DNA from: Chloroflexota bacterium
GTDB taxonomy: Bacteria; Chloroflexota; Dehalococcoidia; Lucifugimonadales; UBA3495
Direction of reading: 5' to 3'
Assembly: GCA_027623675.1 (NCBI GenBank)
Contig: JAQBVF010000009.1
Coordinates: 42,113-106,112, forward strand
Length of the DNA stretch: 64,000 bases
A program made the translations under genes and the position numbers. Below, piece by piece: positions 28,723 to 38,174 of the stretch. The notes under the pieces are model-generated. The model saw only the letters and a list, made by a program, of their open reading frames with translations. It ran no database searches and was not told the DNA's origin. The first letter of the stretch is position 1. Each line of letters begins with the position of its first letter.

Positions 28723-29187
28723 TTAGATGAAAGTTTCGTAAAGCGCTCCAACCAAAACCCCGAATATCAGGTGCAGCACCAGGAAACCAATGGCGGTGCC
28801 CATCGGGTATCCCATGGCGAACGGGCCGGGCGCTGCCAGCGTGCCGTCCTTGATCCGCGGGTGCATTGCGGGCATCATGCCCAGAGCCATGCCGGTCATC
28901 GCCCAATGCGCCGCCCCGAACACCAACCCCCACGCTGCCAGGTTGGCCTCCAAGCCGAAAGCCTGGTATAGCCCTACGTGGGCCAAGGCAAAGGCCACGC
29001 TCATCGTGGCGTGCATCATCGCCCCCGACATATAGGCAATGGTCCGCTCGCCAAACATCATGCTGCCCAATATGTAGAGCAGATTCATCTTCATCTGCCC
29101 CGGCATCACAAATATTCCCATATACAGAACGGCTGTCATAGCCGCACCGCCGATCAAACCGGCCCAGATCGCCGCTGGATAGTCCAT
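28723..29187 (-). CDS. Met/His-rich 4-TM membrane protein
   Basis: GGAGG RBS; GAMMH, GLVFGAAHW, MPAMHP, HLIFGVLVG. Confidence 0.8.
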   Translation of the reverse strand: MDYPAAIWAGLIGGAAMTAVLYMGIFVMPGQMKMNLLYILGSMMFGERTIAYMSGAMMHATMSVAFALAHVGLYQAFGLEANLAAWGLVFGAAHWAMTGMALGMMPAMHPRIKDGTLAAPGPFAMGYPMGTAIGFLVLHLIFGVLVGALYETFI

Positions 29188-29287
29188 TGGGTCCCTCCTA
29201 ATCGAGACGTTTTCTGTCTCTACTGAACTTTGATGCTCGTCGCGTTAAGAGGTCGCGGACCGGCCCGCTGCGGGTCAGTACCGCGGA

Positions 29288-29600
29288 TGACGGAAAGTTG
29301 CACTTGGAAGAGGGGGAGTTGGCCGAGCGGGTCGTTTCTGGCGATACCCGAAAATATGGCGGCGATCTGGCCTTCCGGCGGAATCAACATAGCCGGGCGG
29401 CACGATTCGCCGAAGCGTCTGTTCGTGGTCTCGTTGAAAGGCCAAGCCGGGATGGTCATCAGCAACGGCACAACAATAACCATGCGTACGGGGGAGAATG
29501 ACCTTGATCGAGGATATGACCGGACCCAGCCACCGACGGCCATGGACCGCCCCTGATCGATCGCTACAATGATGGTGACGGTAGCACTGGGATGATGACG
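29288..29600 (+). pseudogene. Degraded cupin-domain gene
   Basis: RHDSPKRLFVVSLKGQAGMVISNGTTITMRTGE, then after a frame change TLIEDMTGPSH; resembles cupin motifs H-x-x-P-x-R-x-F-V and E-D-x-T-G-x-x-H; boundaries approximate. Confidence 0.4.
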
Positions 29601-29648
29601 GCGGCGCTGGCCGGCCAAACGCCGGGAGCGCGGGCTATGTAGCGGCGG

Positions 29649-30578
29649 CTATCTGTTGACGAACTGGGGAAGCAGCTCTTCGCCCAGGATCGCCAATTGG
29701 TCCATGCTCTCTTCGGCTGGGCACAAAGGCCGCATGACGAACTTGGAGCCGCCGGCGTCGATATAGCGCTGGACGTATTCCGCCACCTTCTCCACCGGAC
29801 CAACGGCGGTGAACTCAGTGAAATGGGCGTCCGGGCGCTGGCGAGTGACGAACCGGCTCGCTTTCTCCGTCGCGCCTTTCACATCGTCCGAGACGTAGTA
29901 ACCCATCAGAACGCCGACGTGGTCGTCTTCGATCTCACGGTTGAACTCGTTGGCGGTCTCAAACAGAATCTCGCAACCCTCTTTAATCTCCTCTGGCGTG
30001 GCGCTGGAGACCAGCCAACCGTCGCCGACACGGCCAACCCGCCGGGCGGCGGCGGCGGAACGCCCTCCGATCCAGACCGGGGTTGAGGGTTGCAGGTAGG
30101 GCTTGGGGGTTACGGTCACGTTGTGGCAGCTAAAGAACTCGCCCTCATGGGTGACGTCCTCCTCCTGCCACAGCCGGCGCATCAGGGCGATCCCTTCATC
30201 GGTACGAGGGCCGCGCCGCTCTTTGGTGACGCCACAGGCCTCGTACTCCTCCGGTTCCTCTTGGCCCAGCCCCACCGCGGGAAAGAACCGGCCCTGGGAG
30301 AGATAGTCCAGGGTGGCGATCTGCTTGGCCAGCACAACCGGATTGCGCAGAGGCATGGCCAGCACGCTGGTGCCCACCTTTAGGCGGTCCGAGTAAGCCA
30401 GTACCATCGAGCAGGCCATCATCGGCTCCAGACTGAACTTCTCGCCAACGATGCGGTCGCTTAGCCATAGAGAGTCATAGCCGTGTTTATCGCCGATCTC
30501 AACCAGATTCCGCAGGTAAGCTGGGTCTTCTCCACCTTCTCCGTAGGCTCCCGGCATGTAACCGATGGCGATACTCAT
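29649..30578 (-). CDS. LLM class flavin-dependent oxidoreductase
   Basis: GYDSLWLSD, KVGTSVL..PLRNPVVLAKQIATLDYLSQGR, PVWIGG, GDGW. Confidence 0.92.
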   Translation of the reverse strand: MSIAIGYMPGAYGEGGEDPAYLRNLVEIGDKHGYDSLWLSDRIVGEKFSLEPMMACSMVLAYSDRLKVGTSVLAMPLRNPVVLAKQIATLDYLSQGRFFPAVGLGQEEPEEYEACGVTKERRGPRTDEGIALMRRLWQEEDVTHEGEFFSCHNVTVTPKPYLQPSTPVWIGGRSAAAARRVGRVGDGWLVSSATPEEIKEGCEILFETANEFNREIEDDHVGVLMGYYVSDDVKGATEKASRFVTRQRPDAHFTEFTAVGPVEKVAEYVQRYIDAGGSKFVMRPLCPAEESMDQLAILGEELLPQFVNR

Positions 30579-30676
30579 GTCATCTCTCTAATGCCGCTTC
30601 TTGATACGGTTTCGGGGCGGCGGCTCAAACTAGGCCAATTATAACCCAAACGGTGCAAACCAGACCTAGACCTGTC

Positions 30677-31618
30677 TCAGCCGGCGAGGGTATCCAGTCC
30701 TGCCTCGGTTCGAGCGTCGTTTATGTGGTCCAGTATCCGCTGCCGCAAGGGCGCTATCTCGTAGCCGATGTCGGCCAGCATCCGGCTGTTGTCCACGTTG
30801 TAGACGTGGGGCACCAACTGATCGCCGGTAGTCACCTGGGCGCCGGGGATGATGTCCTTCACGATGTCGGCCATCTCCTTGATGCTGCACATGCTGCCGC
30901 CGCTGATGTAAACGCGGTGGTTAAGCTTCTCGGCCACGGCCGCCCGGACGAATATCTCGGCGGCGTCTTCGGCGTGGATCATGGGCGATTGCTCATCCTG
31001 GTGGAAGGGCATGCTCACAGGCTGTCCGATGGCCGGCAGCGACATCAGCAACCCGCCGATCATGCCGGTCATCCCCGTGACGCGTCCGTGGCCGAACACG
31101 GTGCAGATGCGCACTCCCCTTAGGTCCAACCCGTAGCGGTCGATATAACGCTTGGCCGAGAAGTCGTTAACCGACTTTGTCATCCCGTAGACGTTGATGG
31201 GGTCGTTGAGGTCGTCCTCGTTTATGGGCCGGTCGCCAAAGGTGTCTTGGACGCCATAGACCGCGATGGAACTGGCGTAGACCACCCGCTGGACGCCGGT
31301 CCAGCGCGCGGCTTCGAACACGTTGTTGGTGCCGCCGATGTTAACCTGCATAGCGTAGTGGGGCCGGTCTTCGGTATCGGGTGGCAGGAGCGCGGCCATG
31401 TGGATAATCTTTTGGACACCGTGGGTGTTGATGGCTTCCAAAAGATGGGGGAGTTGGGTAACGTCGCCACGATACATCTTGATGCGGTCCAGGTATGGTC
31501 CCAGGTTGGCGCGGGGCGGGGCCAGGTCGAAGCAGACCACCTCTTCGCCCCGGTCCAACAGCTTTCGAATGATTCTGTTGCCGATGAATCCCGTGCCGCC
31601 GGTGACCATCACGGACAT
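30677..31618 (-). CDS. NAD-dependent epimerase/dehydratase
   Basis: VTGGTGFIG, YASSIAVYG, YGMTK. Confidence 0.92.
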   Translation of the reverse strand: MSVMVTGGTGFIGNRIIRKLLDRGEEVVCFDLAPPRANLGPYLDRIKMYRGDVTQLPHLLEAINTHGVQKIIHMAALLPPDTEDRPHYAMQVNIGGTNNVFEAARWTGVQRVVYASSIAVYGVQDTFGDRPINEDDLNDPINVYGMTKSVNDFSAKRYIDRYGLDLRGVRICTVFGHGRVTGMTGMIGGLLMSLPAIGQPVSMPFHQDEQSPMIHAEDAAEIFVRAAVAEKLNHRVYISGGSMCSIKEMADIVKDIIPGAQVTTGDQLVPHVYNVDNSRMLADIGYEIAPLRQRILDHINDARTEAGLDTLAG

Positions 31619-31881
31619 GGAAAGCCCCTCCGAATCTCTACTCGAATCTTGTGGCGCCTGCTCTTGTCACACCTACGATGCCCGGCGCCTTAAATAGCAG
31701 GCACCGTCGATGATATAGGCGATGACATGCCTCCGCAATCCCGCTGCGATCACGGCTGGTCATAATTACCAGCATAAACTGCTGTTCCAAGCCCGGTCGT
31801 GATTCAAGGTCGGTCGAACGGCGTCGGATCTCCAGTTTAGGATACGCTCGGTTAGATATCCTGATATGACATCGGGGGAAT

Positions 31882-32670
31882 ATGTTGCGAAAGATTCGAC
31901 TTCCTTTAGCTATCATGGCGCTGGCCGTCGCGGCCCTCATCCTGCCGCTCGTAGCGAGCGCAGACAACTCCTGGGGTAATTACCACTGGGCGCGCACGGC
32001 TAATCCCTTGACGCTCTCCCTGGGTGACAACGTTTCGACCAACTGGGACGGAGCTTTGGCAACCGCCAACACTGATTGGAACTTATCAGCCGTACTATCT
32101 AATTCGGTGGATCCAGGACGTGCAAACCCAAAGAATTGCAAACCTGGCGATGGCCTTGTCGAGATTTGTAATAGCACATATGGTTTCAACGGCTGGCTCG
32201 GTATCGCCGGAATCTGGGCTTCCGGTGACCACATCACGAAAGGGTACGTGAAGGTTAACGATACATATTTCAACACCTCTACCTACAACACTCCGGCATG
32301 GCGGCAATTGGTGATGTGCCAAGAGGTTGGTCACATATTTGGCCTGTCTCACCAAGATGAGGATTTCACCAACCCGAATCTTGGCACCTGCATGGATTAC
32401 ACCAACAATCCCGGTCCCAACCAAGCTCCCAACCAACATGATTATGACCAGTTGGCCGCTATCTACACCCACCTGGACGGTTTCAACTCTTGGGCGCCCG
32501 CGCCCGCCGATGGTGGGTCTGGCGGTGGCAAGCCAGGTTCCATTCCCGGAGAGGATATCAGCCAGCGGGGCAAGGCGATAGGCGCCGATGGCAAAGGTCG
32601 CCCCAACCTGTTCGAGTTAGACCTGGGCAACGGCAATAAAGCCCTGACCCACGTATTCTGGGCCAACTAG
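31882..32670 (+). CDS. Secreted metzincin/matrixin-like protein with variant QEVGHxxGxxH motif
   Basis: Signal peptide (ASA-D), CQEVGHIFGLSHQDE and Met-turn TCMDY. Confidence 0.75.
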   Translation: MLRKIRLPLAIMALAVAALILPLVASADNSWGNYHWARTANPLTLSLGDNVSTNWDGALATANTDWNLSAVLSNSVDPGRANPKNCKPGDGLVEICNSTYGFNGWLGIAGIWASGDHITKGYVKVNDTYFNTSTYNTPAWRQLVMCQEVGHIFGLSHQDEDFTNPNLGTCMDYTNNPGPNQAPNQHDYDQLAAIYTHLDGFNSWAPAPADGGSGGGKPGSIPGEDISQRGKAIGADGKGRPNLFELDLGNGNKALTHVFWAN

Positions 32671-32691
32671 GCTCTCGATCCAGACGAGCAA

Positions 32692-32733
32692 GTTCGAAAA
32701 AGGCCTCCCAATCACAGGAGGCCTTTTTCGAAC
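32692..32733. terminator. Bidirectional terminator
   Basis: GTTCGAAAAAGGCCTCC-N8-GGAGGCCTTTTTCGAAC. Confidence 0.85.
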
Positions 32734-32744
32734 ACCCTTAATGC

Positions 32745-33497
32745 TCACAATGGCCGCTTGGCCGGGATGCCCACCCTTCTGGGGTAGCGATCGGGGGTCG
32801 GCCCGGTTTTCGCCACCGAGATAAGCACCCGGTCGTCGGTCAGCCCCTCCAACGCCACCGTGACCACTTTGTCGATGCGCCCGCCCAGCTCCAAAAGAGC
32901 GTTGGCCGCGGCATCAAGTTCCTGGCCGTCGCCGCCGTGCTTCAAGGCGACCAACCGGCCGCCGGGCTTGCAGAATGGCAGGCAATACTCCAACAGCAGG
33001 GGCAATCTGGCCACCCCTCTCACCACCACCAGGTCGAACGCGTCTCTAAGGCCATCCTCCCGGCCCAGAGCCTCAGAGCGGCCTGTGAGTACCGAAACGC
33101 CTTCCAGACCCAGTATGGCCGTCAGGCGCTCCAGGAATGCCGTCTTTTTCGCCACCGACTCCACCAACGTCAGCCGGATCCCTGGAAAGGCCAGTTTCAG
33201 GGCCATTCCAGGCAATCCCGCACCGGACCCAACGTCGATTACACGCGCCTCCAGTCCGGCTAACAAGCCGCCGGCCGCCAGGCACACCGTGAGCGAGTCC
33301 AAGAAATGCTTGACCTGAACATCCTCAAATCCGGTGATGGCTGTTAGGTTGGCCCGTTGGTTCCAGTCGGTCAGTTCGCGGTAGTAGACCTGGAACTGGT
33401 CCAGTTGGGCGCCGGACAGCGCGATTCCCAACTGGGCGGCGCCCTTTTCCAACAGTTCCATCCGCGAGTGGTTTCCTGGCGCAGTTTGGGAAGACAT
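32745..33497 (-). CDS. rsmG: 16S rRNA m7G527 methyltransferase
   Basis: WNQRANLTAI, KHFLDSL, DVGSGAGLPG, TPDRYPRRVG. Confidence 0.95.
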   Translation of the reverse strand: MSSQTAPGNHSRMELLEKGAAQLGIALSGAQLDQFQVYYRELTDWNQRANLTAITGFEDVQVKHFLDSLTVCLAAGGLLAGLEARVIDVGSGAGLPGMALKLAFPGIRLTLVESVAKKTAFLERLTAILGLEGVSVLTGRSEALGREDGLRDAFDLVVVRGVARLPLLLEYCLPFCKPGGRLVALKHGGDGQELDAAANALLELGGRIDKVVTVALEGLTDDRVLISVAKTGPTPDRYPRRVGIPAKRPL

Positions 33498-33616
33498 AGA
33501 TGCCTATTATAGCGGGGGCATGCTGGTCTCCGCTCACGTTCCCGCCAAATTGACACCATTAGAAGCAGAGCCGTAGAATGACCTGCAACACCCGGCCAGA
33601 CTGGGGAGGGGGAATC

Positions 33617-33853
33617 ATGGCAACCAAAGCTTACCTGTTGATCGAGACTGCCGTCGGTAAAACGCGCGACGTGGCAAACACCTTGAGCAGCCTACCGGGC
33701 ATCACCACGGTGGACGTGGTCACCGGGCCCTACGACATAATCGCGGTGGTGTCCGGCGAGGACATGACCATCGTTGGCGATCTGGTCACCGGCCATATCC
33801 ACACCGTCCCCGGCGTGGTCCGCACCGTTACCTGCGTGGCCGTGGGCAGCTAG
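33617..33853 (+). CDS. Stand-alone Lrp/AsnC ligand-binding domain protein
   Basis: KAYLLIE, VTGPYDIIA, IHTVPGVVRTVTC. Confidence 0.88.
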   Translation: MATKAYLLIETAVGKTRDVANTLSSLPGITTVDVVTGPYDIIAVVSGEDMTIVGDLVTGHIHTVPGVVRTVTCVAVGS

Positions 33854-33891
33854 GCCGCTCTTGGCATCCAAGCACCCTTAGGAGAATCGTT

Positions 33892-35067
33892 TTGGAGTTC
33901 AAGTTCACTGCCGAGGACGAAGAGTTCCGGAGAGAACTGCGGCTTTTCATGCAGACCGAACTTCCCGATAACTGGGAGGGCGCCGGCCGCTACCCCGAAG
34001 AGGACGACTGGGACCTGAACAAAGCCATTCGCCAGAAGATGGCGGAGCGGGGTTGGCTCACGATGCACTGGCCGGAGGAATACGGCGGCCAGGCGGCTTC
34101 ACCGGTAAAGTCGGCCATCTTCAACGAAGAGATCGCCTACCTGAGAGCGCCGGGACGGGACATCTTCGGCGTCCGCATGCTTGGGCCGACCCTGATGATT
34201 CACGGGTCCGACGAACAGAAGCGGACCCATCTGCCGCCCGTGGCCAAGGGCGAGGTCCAATGGTGTCAGGGCTACAGCGAGCCAGAGTCCGGCTCCGACC
34301 TGGCATCCCTCAGCACCAGGGCGGTCCGCGACGGCGACGACCTGGTCATCAACGGCGGCAAGGTATGGACCACCATGGCCCACCGCGCCGACTGGATCAT
34401 GCTGCTCACGCGCACCGACCCCGACGCCGCCAAGCACCGGGGTATCAGCTTCGTCTTGGTCGACATGAAGTCTCCCGGAGTGACCGTCCGCCCGATCATC
34501 AACATGGCCGGCGGGCACGAGTTCAACCAGGTGACATTCGACGACGTCCGGGTTCCCAGGGCCAACGTGGTCGGCGAGGAGGACCGGGGCTGGTACGTGG
34601 CCGTGACTTTGCTGGACTTCGAGCGCTCCGGCATCGACTATTCCGCCGCCGCCCGCCGCCTGCTGGACGACACCCGCGAGTATGCCACCGAGACCAAGAG
34701 CAACGGGCAGCCGCTCATGGAGATTCCCTGGGTGCGCAACCTGATGGCCGACCGGTATATCGACTGCGAAGTGGCCCGCCTCATGGCCTACAACGTGGCT
34801 TACATGCAGTCGCAGGACCTGATTCCCACCAAGGAAGCGTCCATGAGCAAGGTCTTCGGCAGCGAGACAGTGCAGCGGGTCACCGAAGCCTCCCTGGACA
34901 TCCTGGGCATGTACGGCACACTCTCACGGCAAGAGAAATGGGCGCCCCTGAAAGGCCGGGTCCAGGAACACTGGATGAACGCTTTCGCCGGCACCATCGC
35001 CGCTGGGACCTCCGAGATTCAGCGCAACATCATCGCCGGCCGGGGACTGGGCCTGCCCCGCGGCTAA
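33892..35067 (+). CDS. Acyl-CoA dehydrogenase
   Basis: WCQGYSEPESGSDLASL, FNQVTFDDVRVP, LDFER, IAAGTSEIQRNIIA. Confidence 0.94.
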   Translation: MEFKFTAEDEEFRRELRLFMQTELPDNWEGAGRYPEEDDWDLNKAIRQKMAERGWLTMHWPEEYGGQAASPVKSAIFNEEIAYLRAPGRDIFGVRMLGPTLMIHGSDEQKRTHLPPVAKGEVQWCQGYSEPESGSDLASLSTRAVRDGDDLVINGGKVWTTMAHRADWIMLLTRTDPDAAKHRGISFVLVDMKSPGVTVRPIINMAGGHEFNQVTFDDVRVPRANVVGEEDRGWYVAVTLLDFERSGIDYSAAARRLLDDTREYATETKSNGQPLMEIPWVRNLMADRYIDCEVARLMAYNVAYMQSQDLIPTKEASMSKVFGSETVQRVTEASLDILGMYGTLSRQEKWAPLKGRVQEHWMNAFAGTIAAGTSEIQRNIIAGRGLGLPRG

Positions 35068-35215
35068 CACCACCCCTCCACCCTGGAACCAAGAAAAAGG
35101 CAAGATGAACGGCCTTCGCTTGCCCTGGTGCTTACTTTTCAGAACCCTATGTTCCCGCTCATGGTGAGTTTGTCGAACCATCATTCCGTCACCGGTCAAA
35201 TCCCTGCCTGCGACA

Positions 35216-35551
35216 TTAGTCAGCGGCGAAGGCTGCCAGTTCTTCTTGGTCCAGCATGGCGGCATCGCGGCACCGGCGCATGATCCGGAAGATGGTCCGC
35301 ACGGTGACGGAGAACCGGTCGGCGGCCTCCTCGACCGTCAGGTTGTCCTGCTGAATGGCCGACCAGATCCTGAAGTCTCTGGCCAAACGGCGGTTGCGCT
35401 GGAACCAGGCCGGGTCGTCGTATTTGCACTGGGGCAAGGGGCAGTTGAGACACGAAGCGGAGACCTCACAACCCGTATCTTCGTAATGGTAAAATTCGGG
35501 CACGGCGTCGAGAACGGGACTAGAAGTGATTGGCCGGTCGAGTGTGGTCAT
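35216..35551 (-). CDS. Small protein with Cys cluster (C-x4-C-x2-C-x4-C) and C-terminal HTH
   Basis: DTGCEVSASCLNCPLPQCKYD...TVEEAADRFSVTVRTIFRI. Confidence 0.8.
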   Translation of the reverse strand: MTTLDRPITSSPVLDAVPEFYHYEDTGCEVSASCLNCPLPQCKYDDPAWFQRNRRLARDFRIWSAIQQDNLTVEEAADRFSVTVRTIFRIMRRCRDAAMLDQEELAAFAAD

Positions 35552-35590
35552 TTCCCTACTCCAAACCATACGTTCTAATATCGTTTGCCT

Positions 35591-35620
35591 AGTTTAGAAC
35601 GCCTGTTCTTAACATGTCAA
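35591..35620 (-). promoter_or_regulatory. Promoter TTGACA-18-TAAACT with a LexA-type box AGAAC-GCCT-GTTCT in the spacer
   Basis: GAAC-N4-GTTC at 35597-35608; degenerate copies at 35564-35575 and 35630-35641. Confidence 0.7.
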
Positions 35621-35713
35621 GGGTTTTTGGAACAGATTTTCTAATTACCCGTTGCTCACGCTCAAATCAGCCCGGTTTTCAGAACATCACACCTACGACC
35701 CGGAGGTAACCCC

Positions 35714-36523
35714 GTGGCCCAAGAACTCCAGGAACCCGCCATAATCACCGAATACGAGACCATGATGTACCAAAGGCAGGGAAGGATCGCCTACATCATG
35801 CTCAACCGCCCCCAGGCCTTGAACGCGGTCAATGACCAGTTTGAAGACGACCTGCACGATGCGCTGCTGGAGTTCGACCTGGACGACGAGGCCTGGGTGG
35901 CCATCCTCCACGGCGCGGGGCGGAGTTTCTGCGCCGGGGCCGACATCAAGCAGCGGTTCGTGGCCATGACGCCGCAGCAGGCGGCCCGCAGGGAGCGTGG
36001 CCCCAATCCCGAGGGCTACATGGGCCGGGCCATCAACTGGAAGCCGGTCATCGCCGCGGTCCACGGGTACGCCCTGGGCGCGGGTATAGTCCTGGCGGTC
36101 GAATCGGACCTGATCGTCGCATCGGAAGAGGCCAAGTTCGGCATCACTGAGACGCGCCGGGGGCTGCCCGGAGGCCGCATCTGGGCCAAGGTCAACGCCT
36201 TCATGCCGTCCAAGATTGCCTCGGAGATGGTGATTACCGGGGAGCATATCGACGCCGCCGAGTTGTACCGGCTGGGGTTGATCAACCGCCTGGTGCCCAC
36301 CGGAGAACACCTGAGCGCCGCCGAGGAACTGGCTGAGAAGATCCTGAAGTCGCCGCCCCTAGCCACCAGGGCAGCCGTGAAGCTGACGCGCCGCCAGTGG
36401 GTCCAAACGGGTGCCGAAGCCGATATGCAGGTGCTGCCCCTAAAGCTGCACCTGACCGAGGATTTCAAAGAGGCCAGCGCAAGTTTCGTGGAGAAGCGAG
36501 CGCCCAAATACCACGCGAGGTAA
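35714..36523 (+). CDS. Enoyl-CoA hydratase/isomerase family protein
   Basis: LNRPQALNA, FCAGADI, KPVIAAVHGYALGAG, FGITE. Confidence 0.93.
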   Translation: MAQELQEPAIITEYETMMYQRQGRIAYIMLNRPQALNAVNDQFEDDLHDALLEFDLDDEAWVAILHGAGRSFCAGADIKQRFVAMTPQQAARRERGPNPEGYMGRAINWKPVIAAVHGYALGAGIVLAVESDLIVASEEAKFGITETRRGLPGGRIWAKVNAFMPSKIASEMVITGEHIDAAELYRLGLINRLVPTGEHLSAAEELAEKILKSPPLATRAAVKLTRRQWVQTGAEADMQVLPLKLHLTEDFKEASASFVEKRAPKYHAR

Positions 36524-36548
36524 AGACAATCCCAGGCGTTTCCGCCCC

Positions 36549-37532
36549 CTAAGCGAACTCGGGCATGACCTTCTCGGCGAAGAGACGGAGCGACTTGGTG
36601 GTGATGTCGCCTTCCATGCCCGGCCACTGGGAGCGGAGTATCAATTCCTCCACGCCCTGCTCTTTGTACTTGTAGATCTCTTCGATGCACTCTTCAGGGC
36701 TGCCGATGATGAAACGGCCGTCCAAGACCTGCTCGAAGGGAACGTCGATGCGGTCGGCTTCGGGCAGTTCCTGGCTGTGCCCCAAGGCGGCACGGTCTTT
36801 GTAGAGCCACTCAACCTGGGGCCGCACCGTGTCGATGGCCTGCTGTCGGCTATCCGCCACGAAGGCCTCGCGCCACGCCGCGATGTAGCCCGGCTTGCCC
36901 GCCTCTTTGACGGCGTCCCGGTAAAGAGGCGCCTGCGTCCTGATGGTGGGCAGGGTTGACCTGGAACTGACCAGCCAGCCGTCCGCTTCTTTGGCCGCCC
37001 GCAGCACGCCTCGCTCCAGGTTGGCCGCCAGATATACCTTGGGTCCCGGCTTCTGGATGGGAGCGCCGGCGCCGGGGACGTCGTCCAGGTGGAAATGCCG
37101 GCCTTCGTGGGTGACCCGGTCCTGGTTCCACAGCTTCTCCATCACCTCCTGGACCTCGCGGAAGCGGGACAGACGCTCTTCTTTGGGCACTTCAAAAGCC
37201 TTGAACTGGAAGTCCCGCCAGCCCAGAGCCGGGGCCAGGACGAACCTGCCGCCGGTGATGACGTCCAAGGTGGATATCTGCTCCGCCGCCTCAACCGGGT
37301 GGTAAAAAGGCAGGAGGGCTACCATGCCCAGTTCCAGGCCCGGAGCCTCCGCGGCCACACGCGCCAGCAGCATCAGGGCGTGAAAATCGTTGTTCAGGTA
37401 GCCCGCGCCGGTCCAGAGCGAGTGATACCCCATCTTTTTGGCCAATCGCGCCTTGGCCAGCCGGGCCGCCAGTCCCTCTTCCCGCGATTGGCCCCGCCGG
37501 TCGCCCCCACCCAAGTTGATCCCAAAGCGCAT
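36549..37532 (-). CDS. LLM class flavin-dependent oxidoreductase
   Basis: LLPFYHPVEAAEQISTLDVITGGR, VTHEGRHF, IIGSPEECIE. Confidence 0.9.
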   Translation of the reverse strand: MRFGINLGGGDRRGQSREEGLAARLAKARLAKKMGYHSLWTGAGYLNNDFHALMLLARVAAEAPGLELGMVALLPFYHPVEAAEQISTLDVITGGRFVLAPALGWRDFQFKAFEVPKEERLSRFREVQEVMEKLWNQDRVTHEGRHFHLDDVPGAGAPIQKPGPKVYLAANLERGVLRAAKEADGWLVSSRSTLPTIRTQAPLYRDAVKEAGKPGYIAAWREAFVADSRQQAIDTVRPQVEWLYKDRAALGHSQELPEADRIDVPFEQVLDGRFIIGSPEECIEEIYKYKEQGVEELILRSQWPGMEGDITTKSLRLFAEKVMPEFA

Positions 37533-37648
37533 GGTTCCCGCCCTCTATCTCAGCCGAATCCTGTGTCAAATGCCCCCATTGGCAAGCCTGGGGAGTATAG
37601 CAGAGGGCAAACCCGCTGACCCGAGTGTGTCGATAGCGGAAGATCAAC

Positions 37649-37679
37649 AAGGCCCCAGAGGACGATCCTCTGGGGCCTT
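37649..37679. terminator. Terminator-like hairpin downstream of the HesB-like selenoprotein
   Basis: AAGGCCCCAGAGGA-CGA-TCCTCTGGGGCCTT. Confidence 0.7.
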
Positions 37680-37716
37680 TCTTATCTCGTGCTAATCATG
37701 TCAGAGCCGCCTTGCT

Positions 37717-38037
37717 TTACGCCCAGGAGGCACGCCGTCCCAGGACCAGGCCGTTCTCCAACTCCAATTCCGCCTTCAGGTTGCGGAAGAACAGGAACTT
37801 CTTGCTGTCGATGTTCATGGAAGTGGTGTGCCGGGCCAGGTCAGGCAGGATGAACAGTTCTACGCCGTCCTGATTTATCTTCGTGTACGGGGTGATGTCG
37901 CGGCGTGCCAGTCGGGTATCGACCGATACCTCAGTGGAGTTGCCGCCTCAAGATGAGAAAGAGAGCAGGTCCACGGCCGCCTGGCCTCCCCTGCTCTGTA
38001 TATGCTCGATCGCATCTGGCGTAAGATTGATCTGCAT
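37717..38037 (-). CDS. HesB/IscA-like small selenoprotein (S-S-U30-G-G)
   Basis: GAGAGG RBS, ATG at 38037: MQINLTPDAIEHIQSRGGQAAVDLLSFSS-U(TGA 37948-37950)-GGNSTEVSV...YTKINQDGVELFILPDL...KKFLFFRNLKAELELENGLVLGRRASWA*; 106 aa; hairpin GGTATC-GGTC-GATACC 17 nt after the UGA. Confidence 0.78.
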
Positions 38038-38174
38038 CCGGTAACCTCTCTGGCAGGCAGGCTGGCCCGCCGGCATGTCTGAACCGCGGCCCTCTCTATA
38101 CATATAGTAACTCCATCAGAGACGAGCCGCTTGCAATTATGATGCGACAAGCGCTATTTGGGTTCAAGACAGCG

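Noticed and set aside
14917..38037. Alternative genetic code (UGA = Trp or Gly) as the explanation for in-frame TGAs
   Set aside because: Many ordinary genes here end in TGA at the expected family C-terminus (nadE, the CMD gene with ATGA overlap, aapQ, aapP), TGG encodes Trp throughout, and the internal TGAs are confined to Cys-type positions.
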